NCBI GenBank assembly: GCA_004431415.1
Contig: QPMI01000193.1
Location: forward strand, 1-64,000
From: Cyanophora paradoxa CCMP329
Lineage: Eukaryota > Plantae > Glaucophyta
Length of the DNA stretch: 64,000 bases
Direction of reading: 5' to 3'
In this document: piece after piece, positions 1-12,035 of the stretch
Numbering within the stretch: position 1 is the first letter of the stretch
Layout: each line of letters opens with the position of its first letter
Position numbers and translations under genes: made by a program
Notes under the pieces: model-generated
Databases searched by the model: none
What the model was told of the DNA's origin: nothing
What the model saw: the letters and a program-made list of their open reading frames with translations, nothing else

Positions 1-123
1 ACGGGTCACTGCGCTAGCGCTCCTAGCCGGCCGAGGCCAGGCCTAGGCCTTGGGCCTGCGCATGCCCCACGAGAAATTCGTCACGGCGTCGAAATTAAAA
101 ATCAATAGTTCAGCTGCGGAAGC

Positions 124-750
124 TTTTTTTTTTGAGAGACTACGGTGGGGCGAACCCCCGTAGGTAGTGATATTAAAGACAACAAAGCAATCACAAATCA
201 AAGATACAGTAAACTAGCACAAAATATATACAGAATCAAGAGGGATCACGAGAAGGGACACGATCAGAAGAACGCAAAAGATAATTATAAGGAGAACGAG
301 CACGAGGAGAAGGAGTAGAAGAGCTCAAGGGCGTCGACGCAGAAGTACTAGTCACACTAGAACGACGAGGAGCACGGGGACGCAGCAAATAAGGAGAACG
401 AGCACGAGGAACTACAGTCGAAGACGAAGATCTAGACGAAGACGACAAGACAGAGCTAACAGCAGAACTAGAAGACGTAGTCGCAGGAGGCAAAGGCGGA
501 AGCAATCTATAGATATATCCAGGTTCTCAAAGTCCCTACGCCCTGTCATAGCATGTGGGGCCTTCGACACAGATTTTCCTGAGGCGTAGGGGGTGGGGCT
601 CGTGAGGGGTGGGTGTGGACCCGGGGGGATGTGGCATCAGGAACAAGTTGATGGAAAAAAAAGCACGAGTATCATTTCGAATCGATGAGCAAGAAATTAC
701 GAAGGGGAAGAAATCCAAATTCACGCTGTCGATGGGAATGGGATTAGATC
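124..750 (-). mobile_element. Probable 5'-truncated non-LTR retrotransposon (LINE) 3' remnant with poly(A) tail
   Basis: T10 at 124-133 (poly-A on the - strand); abrupt A-rich, lower-GC composition; degenerate - strand frame with two stops ending in PRARSPYLLRPR / PRARSPYNYLLR (YNLRPR-like retroelement C-terminal motif); internal 22-nt duplication ataaggagaacgagcacgagga. No TSD or RT domain seen; boundary near 750 is approximate. Confidence 0.4.
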
Positions 751-782
751 CTGCACTAAGTCCCTGAGTCCTGGAGAGCACA

Positions 783-1200
783 AGCCCCGAGCTCTCGCGG
801 ACTGCGCCCCGCGGACATCTGCGGGCGGACATCTCAGAGACCCTTGCGAGAGCCGCCCGGCCGCGCAGCCAGCTCACCTGGCCCGAAGAGCGAGGCCCGC
901 TGGACGAGCCCCGAGCTTTCTATCCGCTTCGGCGCTCTGCGGGCTGCGGGCGCGCGCTACGGAGGGAATCTGCGAGCGGATATCTCAGAGACCGTTGCAA
1001 GAGCCGCCCGGCCGCGCAGCCAGCTCACCTGGCCCGAAGAGCGAGGCCTGCTGGACGAGCCCCGAGCTTTCGATGCGCTTGAGCGCCCTGCGGACTGCGA
1101 GCGCGCGCTACGGAGGGCATCTGCGAGTGAATATCTCAGAGATCGAGGCGAGAGCCGCCCGGCCGCGCAGCCAGCTCACCTGGCCCGAAGAGCGAGGCTC
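783..1200 (-). repeat. Tandem repeat of ~3 x 151 bp, each unit a putative exon+intron of a degenerate minus-strand gene
   Basis: gagccgcccggccgcgcagccagctcacctggcccgaagagcgaggc recurs with period 151. CAG|GTGAGC donors on the - strand at 1179, 1028 and 877. The 66-nt exons 1029-1094 and 878-943 read VRRALKRIESSGLVQQASLFGP and ARRAPKRIESSGLVQRASLFGP. Confidence 0.75.
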
Positions 1201-3018
1201 CCTGTCGAGAGTCTCCAGGCAGGGCTCGCAGTACTTCTGGTAGAGAGTAGACCAGGAGCCGGTCCTTTTCATGCGAAGCGAGTGCACTGCCTCGACTCCA
1301 GAGTCTGTGCGAAGGAACCCGCGGCGCTGAGCTCGAGACGTCTGCCGGGCGGGGCGAGCGCACCATGCACGAAGTGCGCTCGTGAGCAAGAGAGTCTTCG
1401 AATGAGCACTTGCTGTCCGCGGCCGGGTGCATCGATAGCCCCTGGGAGAGCGAGCTTTCCCAGTCCGCCTGAATCGGAACGCGCACGCGTACGTCTCTCT
1501 GCGGCCAGCGCGGTCAGGGCGGCCAGCCCAGAGCGATCCAAGCAATAGCGTACATTCGCTTCGGCTTCAAGGAGCTGATCGTCTTTCCAGGATCGTCTGT
1601 CCAGGCGCGCGATGGGAGTGTAAAAAAGTTCAAAGCTCTGCGCGGTCGAACAGCAGCGGAGCGGGAGGAATGAGCGGATCGGGAGGGATGAACGATGTTG
1701 CGAGCCGCGGTGCGGGCGCGATGTCAGCCGCGGACGCAGAGATCGAGGAATTCACCTGAAGGCGCTCTCTCCTGACCGGCGCCCGGCCCCGAAAGGCAAG
1801 GGAACTGTGATGCTACCTCTCGGCTGCGTCTGCTGTACATGTGCGCTGCAGCTGCGGGCAGCGCTTTACGAGCAGCTGGGTCCCCTGATACGTATACCCC
1901 CCGCGGGTTTTTTTAGGTCCGCGCTTCGAACGCGGCCCGAATTCGAATTCCAGCGAGAGTTAAGGCCTCGCGCGCGGTCGGGAGTTGAAAAACGCATCCG
2001 TGACCATTTCCGGGTGCCCGGCGGCGCGCTCCGGCGACATGCATGGACTTGCATATGCACGATGTATGTGCCCGTTCTCGGCAGCCGGGCGAGCTACGGG
2101 CTAGCGCTCGCCGCTAGCTCGAACGCGTAGAGGAGGCCGTTCCCGGTTGTCTCCAACTCGTTCCGGCCGGCAATCCCGGTCGTGGCCTCAGGGAAACGGA
2201 TTTGACGAGGGGGCATATGAAGGGGTATATACAAATTGAGCCGTTGGCTGCAAATTCAAGACTAGGGAGGTAATATATATAGCTAATCATGAATTTTCTT
2301 CGCATATATGCATATGCATGCTCGAACTGGAACGTTAACGCGCGCGGCCGCGGCCTGCGGGCGGCGCGAGGCCCGCAGCGGCTAGCGCTGGGCCGCGCGC
2401 GCCCTATAGCTACTTGCGACTCGAGCTCGATCGATCGCGAGCGGTCCCGGCCTGGCTGGGCGGCCGACTCGCTAGCGCAATCGAGCGTCTAGCTTTAGCG
2501 TCTAGCTATAGCGCTAGCGCTAGCTGTATACGTAGCTCTAGCTGGCTGCCGCGTCGATTGTGTACGTACCCCTCGCCACTTCGCCCCCGGCAGAGCGTCC
2601 TCGTCTTGCGCGCCGGCGCCGCGAGGACCAGCCGCTGCACGTGATGTAGCCGTCGACGTGCGCGGATGCGGCTCCGGCCTCCTAAGCGGCTCACGACGCG
2701 GGAGCCTCCGAGGCGCCTTGGCCTCTCCCGCCAGCGCGCAGCGCGCAGCGAGCAAGCTGGGCTCTCAATTACAGTAGCCGCATACACAGTCTGTCCGAAG
2801 CCTTGCAACTCTCCGGCGGCTCTCCGTTCAGCGGGGCCGGGACATTGCGACTATCACGGTCGCTCGCATGCCAAGAGCGTGTTTAATCAGCATCTTAAGC
2901 GTGGTGCGAGCGCACGCGCTTCGGAAGCGCTTGATAATCAGCGCCTCTATAGATTCTGACTGCCGGCGCACAGATTACCGGTAAGATGTACGCCGGATAT
3001 CATTCCGTGCACGTGAGG

Positions 3019-6000
3019 ATGACGGCCTAAGTATCGCCTCGGATCATCCGGGCTCGCACTGCGGTGCGCCGAGCCCTCGCTCTGCCGCGCGTGCTGTCGC
3101 GCACCGGCGGAAGCGCGCTCTGAAGCGAGCCGCGTCGCAGACGAAGCTGGTGCGGGACCGCTGGCGCCGTCACCGGAGATGGGGAGGAGCCGGCCGCTGC
3201 GCGACCGCGCTCGGAAAGCGCGGGCGCCCGCGGCCGCAGGACCGAGGGCGGCCCGCCGTCTCCAAGCGGGCGAGGAGCGTGCCTGGCGAGGAGGCTCCCG
3301 ACTCGCCGAGGAGGCTTGGCCGCCGCGGGCGGCGCTCCCGGCGCGCGCGAGGCGTCGGCCCGAGCTTGCCGGGGTACCCCACCCGGGGGCGCCCGCGCCA
3401 GCCGCCGCCCTTGCCGCTCGCGGTGCCGTCGACGCGTCCTGGAGCGCGTGGTCGCAGCTGAGCGCCGACCCGACCCTCTCCTGCGAGCCCCCGAGAGCCT
3501 GTGGCCCCACCATCGCCCCACCCTGAGCCCGTACCCCCGAGGGCGACCTCGCGGGGCCGTCGGGCACGCAGCTCTCCGCGACTCTCTCGCATCCGCCGCG
3601 CTCCCCGCCGCGCCGACAGTACCCCCTCTCCCGCCGCCCGACCGTACCCCTTCTCCCGCCGCCCGACCCGTACCCCTCTCTCGCCGTCCAGACCCGTACC
3701 CCCTCTCCCGTCGCCCCGACCTTACCCCCTTTCTCGCCGCCCCGACCCGTACCCCTCTCCGCCGAGCCCCTCGTACCCCACCGGACCTCGCCACGCCTCT
3801 GGCGACCCGGCGCGCTCTTCCGCCGCCTCCACCAAGGACGCCGCCCCTGCGCACGCATTCAGTCGCCCAGCCCTTCCTTCCCGAAGCCCGCGCCGGCCCC
3901 CCAGCCCCGCCCCGCCCGTTCGGAGTCCCGCGGACCTCCCGCCCCGCCCCGCGTCTTTCGGGTTTTCGTGGCGTCAGCTCCAGGCCAACGGAACCTTCAG
4001 AGCAGGATTCCATTGGCGAGGCCACGGGTTGGTAAGCCGCAGCCGCCCGCTCATCTCTGCTCGATCTTGGTGCACGTGCGCTGACGTCTGCAGATCGTGA
4101 CCGGCTACGTCTCCTGTGAGCGAACGGCCGCTCGGATGCATGACCGGATCGCGATCGCTGCCTCGGCCATCACCGCTGCGGATTTGTGCAACTTTACTGT
4201 TATAGGTGCGGTCCGTTAATCATATAAACTTCCTCATGTTTCCAGTAATTATAACCCCGGAAATTTTGCGTACCGCGCACTTTTTCGCGTATACGTACCC
4301 CGCGCAGGTACGGTTCTTTGATCGCCCCTCGCCCCTCTGTCGCTGTCGCCGCTTATTACAAGGGCGCACTTTGCAGAGTACGAGTCTGACGCGTTCTACA
4401 AAGCCATGTTCGGTCGCGTTGCTGCAGCGAGCTGCCCCCGTGTCGGTTGCCTCGACGCCTCCAAGGACGTGAGCCGTCTCTCGCACAACTTCGTCTTGAG
4501 CTTCCGTCGCCTCACGTCTTTCTGGGCGCAGATGCAGCCGTTCCAGCCGCAAAACGAGTTGCCGCTTTTCTGCATGCTCCCAGAACCCATTTCACTTGTT
4601 TTTCCTTGTCTGATGCGCGCAACGGCAGCTTTAAAGAAGGCCTCGTTGGCGTTTGGTGCGCAAGCGCCCATTCAACGATTGTTCCTGTAATATTTCGCTC
4701 ATCGCTTCTGCAGGCCCCCGTCTGTTTGCCCGGAGTTCGGAGAGGGTCCCGCAGAGACACTTCCGGCGGTCGAGCCGGCTAGCATGTCTCCGCAACCGCG
4801 AGCAGTGGCCGCAGGCGGGGCGGGCCACCGCCTGCCGGCGCCTGCGGCGCAAGAATTGCAATCGCCGGCGGAATCGCAATCGCCGGCGGAGTCCCAATCG
4901 CAGACGGCCGGGGTTTCAGACTCTGCCTCCAGCTCGTGTCCTCCGCGTGGACCTCTCTTCTACGCCCGTTGCTTCAACCAGGCAATTAGACACTTCAGCC
5001 CATCCTTCGTGCGTTCACCGGGCGACGCCTCTTGGGCCGTCTGACCCGTGGCCGTGCACGCGCCCAGGTCGCAGCTCTGCCGGAGCGTGAAAAAGCAGGT
5101 TCGCCGAGTGTGTCAGGGACCTCAACTGTATGAAGAAGGCCTGCGAGCCTGTTGGGTTCCCCTCGTGGTGCCCTTGACCAGCCCCCCGATTTCTTCCTAT
5201 GCGCTTTTAATCCTCCTACTCCAGGCGTTTATTAGGAGCGGAGAGCGGCCGTCACTTGAATTGGCGCGGAGGCACACGCGCGACGTGAAGCAGCTCACGT
5301 CGTTCACGGAGCGGTGGCTCGTCGACGCGGCGATCTTCCTCGCGGCAACACTTGTGGATCTGGAGGCCCGACAGGGCCAGCGGCTGGAGGGCGCGCCAGC
5401 GCGGCCACGGCAGCAGGCCCAACCGAAAGTGGCGTCCGCAACGCAGCTGCCGCCTCGGGCCTCGCCAGTGCAAGGCCGCCGTTCCGCCCATCCGCCCCGT
5501 CGGACGCGTCTTGACAGCCTCAAGCTCTGCCTCCGCCGCGATTGCAAGCCCCGCCGCCCCGCGATTCCATCCACCGCCGCCCCGCTCCGCCGCACGCCCA
5601 CCGCCGTCCACCTCGGCCCGCGCGATCAGGATCCGTCGCCTGTCCGCCCGCCTCGACCTCCTCGGGCCCCAACACGCAGCCTCCGCTCGCTCATCGCCGC
5701 TTCCGTCGCCGGCCAGCTCTATGCGGCGGATGACGTCGCATCCACACGCACCTCTTCAGCCGCCGCAAGTTCCCCTGCAGCGAACGGTACGAGTTCGCCT
5801 CTTTTGCTGCTCCCCATCCCCGCTCAGCTCTTCGCTGAGATGTCGCCGTCCGCAGTGCGTTTGGAGACGGCGGCCGCTATAGCTGCTCCAGGGCCGCCTG
5901 CATCTAGATCTGCTCCGTCTTCTGCTCAGGCAGCGCGGCAGCGCCTGCTGCCGAACGCAGCACCGTCTCTGTGCCCGACGCATTGCCGTGGCCAGCATCA

Positions 6001-9000
6001 AAAGACCTCTTCGCGACGATGGCGGCTGCTGCAGCTGCGGCGGCGGACACGGTAGTCCTGCCGGCACCTTCACTTGTTCCCGTTTCCCCAGTTACAGGTG
6101 CGCCTCTTCTTGCGTGCCGTCTTCGTTTGCAACTACTTTCTGATCGTGATCGTATGGCTGTCCGGACCGGCAGCGCAGTTGCGTCGTGCCCTGTGGCGCC
6201 TGCGTCGGTCCCACCCCCATCGCCTCAGCCGGCACCAGCGCCGTCTGTGGAAGCCGGGCGATTGCCGCTCGAGCCTCGTCCATCCGCCCGCCACCGCCTG
6301 TACATGTCGGCACAGGCGTTCGAGCACCCAGGCCCGGTTCAGCTGCAGGCTCAGAGCGCGCCCTTCAGAGACAGGGACTCTCGCCCATGTCGCTTCAGCG
6401 GTGCGCACCTGCCTCTTCGCGATGCGAACGCACAACCCCGACGCTTCTGTTCGTCTGCGACGCTTCGCGTTGATGGCTTTATTCGGCGCAGTGGTTTGGC
6501 GGCCTTCGCAATGCCTTCTCGTTCGTTCCGCTCCGATCCATTTATAATTACGATCCATCCTTCATTCTTTACTCTAAATTGAACTTGACATATCTCGAAA
6601 GATCGAACGAGAACTACGTATACTTAATATTAATCTTGCATATGGCCGATTCTCGGCCTGTATCCAGCGACCCTAATGAGCACGAACGCCAAGCAGGGAA
6701 TGCCCTCGCCTTCGCGAGAGACCACCACTCTCCCCTGGTGCTCGTGGTCGAAGACGCGCCGCAAATTTCAATTGAGATGCAGTGCGCTCTGTCGTCGCAA
6801 ATCAAGCTTCGACGTCTGTGCGTTAATCATGACACGCATATATGCAACAGACTTCAACCCCTTGAGGCCGCTTTCAACCCCACACATCATCGAGTTCGAC
6901 GTAGTCCTCTCCGTGCGTTCATGATCGTTCTTAGGCTCGGACTGATATTTTTTAAATTTTAAATTGCCGCGCTCGTGTCGAATGACACTCGGGGCGCACG
7001 CAGAGACGAACGGGAAGGAAGTCGTGACGACGGCGTCGGGCCAGCCCGCCCCGTGCGGCTCTACACGAACCGCGAGAGTGCAGCGGTGCGTTGCGGCGCC
7101 GCTTGCACACGAAATAACCGCTAGCGATAGTTAACTTCACTGCACCCATCTTCTGAGGGTTTTCCGATTCCACGCGCCGCGATGTGTTTGACAAGTCCCT
7201 CTCAGAGGTGTCAGATGCCGATGGACTGCCTAGAGACGTGCATGCCACGCAAGTCTGCGTGTTGCGCTCCCCCGCCTGATCGAAGTCGAACCCGTCCACA
7301 TCTGTCTCCGGTGCGCTCGCGGCGTCGCAGAGGTCGCGACGAGCCCATTTCAACGCGTCTGACGCCCTGGCGCCCTTCTGCAGGCCCGTCGACCCCGCCT
7401 TCGCGAGGCTTCTCATCCAATTCGAGCCGATGTACCTGTGGAGCCGACATGCCGCCGAGGTGAGTTCTGGTCGAGCTGCTCTCCACGGCTCGCCAGCTTG
7501 CGTCTGACCGCCCCGCAGCGCCTGCAGCTGGGGCCGCGGCTCGCGTTGAGCTCCCCGGCCGGCCCCCGGACGCCGTCCGCCGCTCTGCCTGCGCCGCTGG
7601 CTGCGGTGCGGGCGCCTCGTTCTTGTAAGAGCCTTTAATTTCCTGATGCGTTCGGCAGCCTCCGGCCGCGGTGGCGGCGCCTGCGACGCAATCCCAGGCG
7701 CGCGCACGGTCCCCAGGGTCTTTCACACATGGCCAGTTCAATCCTGCTCTCGGCGCTTCGCGCGGAGTCGCCTCCGGCTCGACGGCAACGGTCGCATCCG
7801 GCTCCGCTGCCGCTGCCGCATTTTTCAATTTTTCCAGCTCGATTTCTGTCGCTCGGAAGGTATGGTCCCTCGCGGTTCCGCGCGCGTGGCGCCGCGCCGA
7901 CGGCGGCGGCGCGCTGACGGCGGCGGCGCAGGAGGCTCCGTCGAGGCGGGGGCGGGGGCGGGGCAGCGGCCGTCGTACGCGTGCAGCGACCCGTCGTCGA
8001 GGCGATGCTGGAGTCGCGGGGCCGGACGACCGCGGCGGCCTCGAATTGCGAGGTCGCCGCCACGCCTGGGGATTCGCCCGCGCTGCAGAGCGTTTCGGCT
8101 CGCGAAAGAGCCGCAGCAGTGCTAACGGCGCCGGCGCCGGCGGCGGGCCGCTCGTCCGCAGAGCCCGGGAGGGCGCTCTCCAGCGCCCCGGATCCAGAGC
8201 CGGCGGGGGCGGCCGCACCTGCGGCGTTCAAGGACGGGAGGTACGAGTGCGGGCGCTGCGGCGGCGGCTTCCCCTCCAGCGTCGCCCTCTACGAGCACCT
8301 CGTCCTCTGCCGGCCCCCGGGCCCCGCGTCCGCGAGCGCCGCAGCGGCAGCAGCAGGCGCCGATGCGGGTAGCGTGTCGCGCAGCAGCAGCAGCAGCTCG
8401 GCGGGCCCGGGCGCGAGGCTGGGGCGGGAGGGCCGCCGAGGGCGGCAGCGGCCGCGGCGGCCCCGGGGTCGTCGGCCTGACTCTCGACGACGGCGAGGAG
8501 CGCGGGGCGACGGGACGCGCCGGGTCCCCAGCGGCGCCCGGCCCCGCGCCCCCTCTCCCTCCACAGCGGCCGCGACAGCCGTGCACACGGCGCAAGCGGC
8601 AGCGAGCGACGGCGCGGGAGGACGGACGCACGATCGCGAGGAGGCAAGCGGCTGCGAGCTGTCTGCCGCCATCCCCGGAGCGGCTTCCGGCTCCGCACTC
8701 GAGCTCGGAGCTTGCAGCGCTGATGCAGCGGGGACGAGCAGCGGGGAGCGTCCGGAGCAGAGTGGCGGGGCGAGCGCAGTTGAGCTCGAGGCTCGCGAAA
8801 CGGCCGATCGCGGCGTCGACTCAGCCGAGTCTGCGGCGGCAGCGCAGCCCGGCACTGGCGAGCCCGGCGAGCCCGGCGAGCAACCTCGGCAGGCACGCTT
8901 TCCGGCCAGCGGAGGCGAGGGCTCCAGCCTGGCGAGCGTCACGGGCGAATTCGACGCCAGCTCGGAATGCGCTGCTGGGGACGCGGCCGCCGCGCCCTCA

Positions 9001-9540
9001 GCAGCCTCGGCGGCTTCGCCGCGCGCGCTGGAGCCGGGCCCTGCCGCGCCTCGGTCGACGCCGGCCTGCCGGATGGCGAGGGTGCCGGCAGCAGCGGAGG
9101 CGCCCCTGCAGCGCTGGCGGCGGCCCCGCCGCCGCCCTCCCCGCGCTCTCCTTCGCCATCGGCCCCGCGCGCGGCGACGGAGATTTAGACGAAGCTGGCG
9201 GCTCGTTGCGATCGCCCGCAGCGGACTGTGTCGCGGCGGCGGCAGCCCCCGCAGCGCTAGCGCAGGCGGCGGGAGCGAGCGCGAGGGGCCCGCGGACGGG
9301 CCGTGGCGGCAGGAGGGGCTCTGGAGGGGCCCGAGGAGCTCGCGGCCGTGGCGGGCGGCCTGGCCCGGGGGAGGCCGCCTCCGAGGCCGGCTCCCCGCTC
9401 GTCCTCGTCTCCGAGTCCGAGTCGGAGTCGGACGAGGAGCAGCTCGGCTCGCCTCCGGGCGCCAGCGAGGGCGCCCCGCCGCCCCAGCGCCCGCCGACTG
9501 GTGGCTCGAGCTCGGCGCCGACCCGCTCTCTCCCTCCTGA
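3019..9540 (+). pseudogene. AP2-domain / C2HC zinc-finger gene, paralog A, upstream copy (frameshifted as assembled)
   Basis: Same gene as 26014-32641 but about 125 nt shorter through scattered 1-3 nt deletions that break the frame; probably uncorrected long-read errors rather than true decay. Confidence 0.6.
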
Positions 9541-10447
9541 CCCCCGGGCCCTGCCGCTTCGCGCGCCCCTGGAGGAGACCCCGTGGCGCCCGCCGCGTCT
9601 CGTCCAGCGCCGCGGCCCCTCGAGCCGCGCCGCCCGCAGCTCCGCCGCCTCCCAGCGCCTGCAACGGGCTCGCTTCTCCTGCTCCCCGCCCCCCCCCCCC
9701 CCCCCCCCCCCGCCTCCGCCGTCGCCTGGGGCCTCGCCTTGGGCCCCCATGCGTGCCGCCGCCGCACCGCTTGGCCTGCGACCGAGGTCGCACGCCCCGG
9801 CCCGATCCCGGCTGTACGGTCACCGCGTCGATCGCGAGTTCATCATTGGACGGTTGAACGTCGACATTACTTTAATTTATTGCATTTTTTTGGCAGCATG
9901 CGCATGTATCTATATAGCTAAGACCGTCGGACTTATCGTTAACAAGAGCTCGAGGCTAGGACGCACGCACGTGTATATATACGTAAACGTAGCGTTTATA
10001 CGTTAACGTATACGTCACGGCGTATACGTAATTCGAATTCTTGATTTAATTAATGTGCACCGTTAACGTTACCACGTGCACTGCGGTCGCGATCGGGCCG
10101 GGGCGCATGCACTAGCATTCAATGATTATAATTATGTATGCGTCGACGTCTAGATCTATAGCTACGTATAAAGGGAGCGCTAGCGGGCGCAGAGACTAGC
10201 TAAGGGGGCAGAGTGATTGCGAGAGGGCCCGATATCGATCATGATCATGAATGCACATGTACATCGGGTCAGTTCTAGCCAATAAATAATACTTACAGGC
10301 AGACATCTATCCTCGACAAGCAGATGCATAGCTGGCTTGAACGTCGGAAGGCAGCGGCGCACAAAAACCATCTAAAATCTCAACAGCAGCCACGGGGAGA
10401 GAGGCTGCGGCAGGGACCGAGGAGACCACGGCCCCCCGGTCGGGCCG

Positions 10448-11660
10448 CTACCGGTAAGAAAGAATGTTCCTTTTACTACTGACGGGCTCGTTGGCACGGA
10501 AGCGTGTCCCGCGAAGCTGCGCCGCGCGGTCAGAAGAAGGAAAGGAAAGGAAGCGGCGGGAGCGAACCCGGCGGAAATTGCTCTCGGCGTCCCAGGCGGA
10601 CGGAGAGTCCTCTACAGAGCGCGTGCTGTTGGCGGGCGAGGGTGGCGCCCCGTGCCCGTGCTGCGGGGTACCGGTGCCCTTGGCCGGCGTCCGGCCGGCG
10701 CCGGGCGTGCCCGGCGTTCCGGGCGCGCTCTTCCCTGCGCTGCTCCTGAGCGTGTTCTGCATCGCCTTCAGGTACTGGTGCAGGTCCTTCGCCTCCGTCT
10801 CGAGCTCGTCCGCCTCCGCCGCCGGCGCAGCGACGCCCATGGTCCCCGCGAGCGGCGGCGGCAGGTGGGACGGCTCGGCCACGCCCTCGCCCGGGTCCGA
10901 CACGGGCGATCCCGGCTGCGCGTTCCACGCTGGAAGCTGGCGCGCGCTCTCCGGGTCCGCAGCGCGGCCGACCACCACAGTTGGAAGGTCGCCGGAAGCC
11001 GCGAGCGCCATCGCCGCCTGGTGCTGCTTTATCCTCGCCAGAATGCGTTCGTATTTCCCGCTATTGGAGCCGAAGATCTGGTCGCTATCTTAGCTCGAGA
11101 AGCGAAGCCTGATCATGAGGAGCGAGCCCTGACCTCCTCAATCTCTCCTTCCCGCGGGGTGTCGATCGGCGTGTCAGCGGCTGAGTCCGGATCCGGCAGA
11201 TCCTCGCCCTCTTGCGGCGCCTGCCAAAAAGAGGCGTAAGAGGACCCCAAGCACGATCGGCTGGCAGCTAGCTGAGCCGGGACAAGGGAAGGGAGCTGGC
11301 ACACCCTGGACGACGAGGGTCGGTTCCTTGTGTGTGCCGGCTCGTCTTCTGCCCGAGCGGCGAAGAGAGGGATGCAGCCGAGCATGCACGCCAGCGACGG
11401 CGGCCTGAAGCTCGTCAATCGAGCGCCCCGTCGTTTCGGCACATCGGGCTATACCTCAAAATAGAAGAGAAGCATGTTGGCGCTAAAGAAGTCGAGCTCG
11501 AAGGTGCGGGTGCCGCCGTGTCGCCTGTCGACACTATCAGCGTCAGCGACACCATCACCTCGGCCCGGGCGGGCGCACAGCACGTTTCCGCGCGCATCTG
11601 CCTCCTGCCGCGGGTCTTTTCCTCGGGTGAAAGCGGACCTGCTCCTGTTGCCGCCGACAT
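10448..11660 (-). CDS. Multi-exon hypothetical protein (low-complexity, short coiled segment ELETEAKDLHQYLKAMQNTL)
   Basis: aaaaaATG at 11660; GT-AG introns join MSAATGA|GDTAAP...SILR|PPSLACML...SSR|APQEGED...EIEE|IFGSNSGKYERILARIKQHQ...NFRR|LRGTRF...ILSYR* (stop 10448). No family recognised. Confidence 0.6.
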
Positions 11661-12035
11661 TTTTTTGGCCGCCGGGGTACGCGAGCTTAAGCCCGGGGCT
11701 GGTTCAGCGCTATAGCCGCCACTGAGTCAGACGTCGACGTTGGCGCTAGCTACGAGCCCAGATAGGGAATTACCCCCTATGGCATCCGCCGCGGCAGCTG
11801 CAGCTGTGCGGGGTTGACGGTCCGCGCGGCCGCATGCGCAGAGGGCTCGGGTCTGCGGCCAGGGCGCGTCGGCGCAAGAAGCATGGGGCCGACGTCGATG
11901 TCTATCGTCCTCAAAAAACCTAGTCCTGTACACGTGAAAGTTGATCGCTCCCTAGGGCCTAGGCCTAGGCTGACTGGTACAGCTGCCCGAGGGGGGGCAT
12001 GCGGAGAGGCGAGGGGGCGAGGAAAGGGCAGTTGG

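Noticed and set aside
1892-2230. Small TIR element (tatacccc ... ggggtata)
   Set aside because: Only about 8 bp of inverted match in palindrome-rich DNA and no TSD; compatible with chance.
10140-10170. Cloning-vector polylinker contamination
   Set aside because: Palindrome chains are dispersed, mutually non-homologous, present inside introns, and lack any vector backbone.
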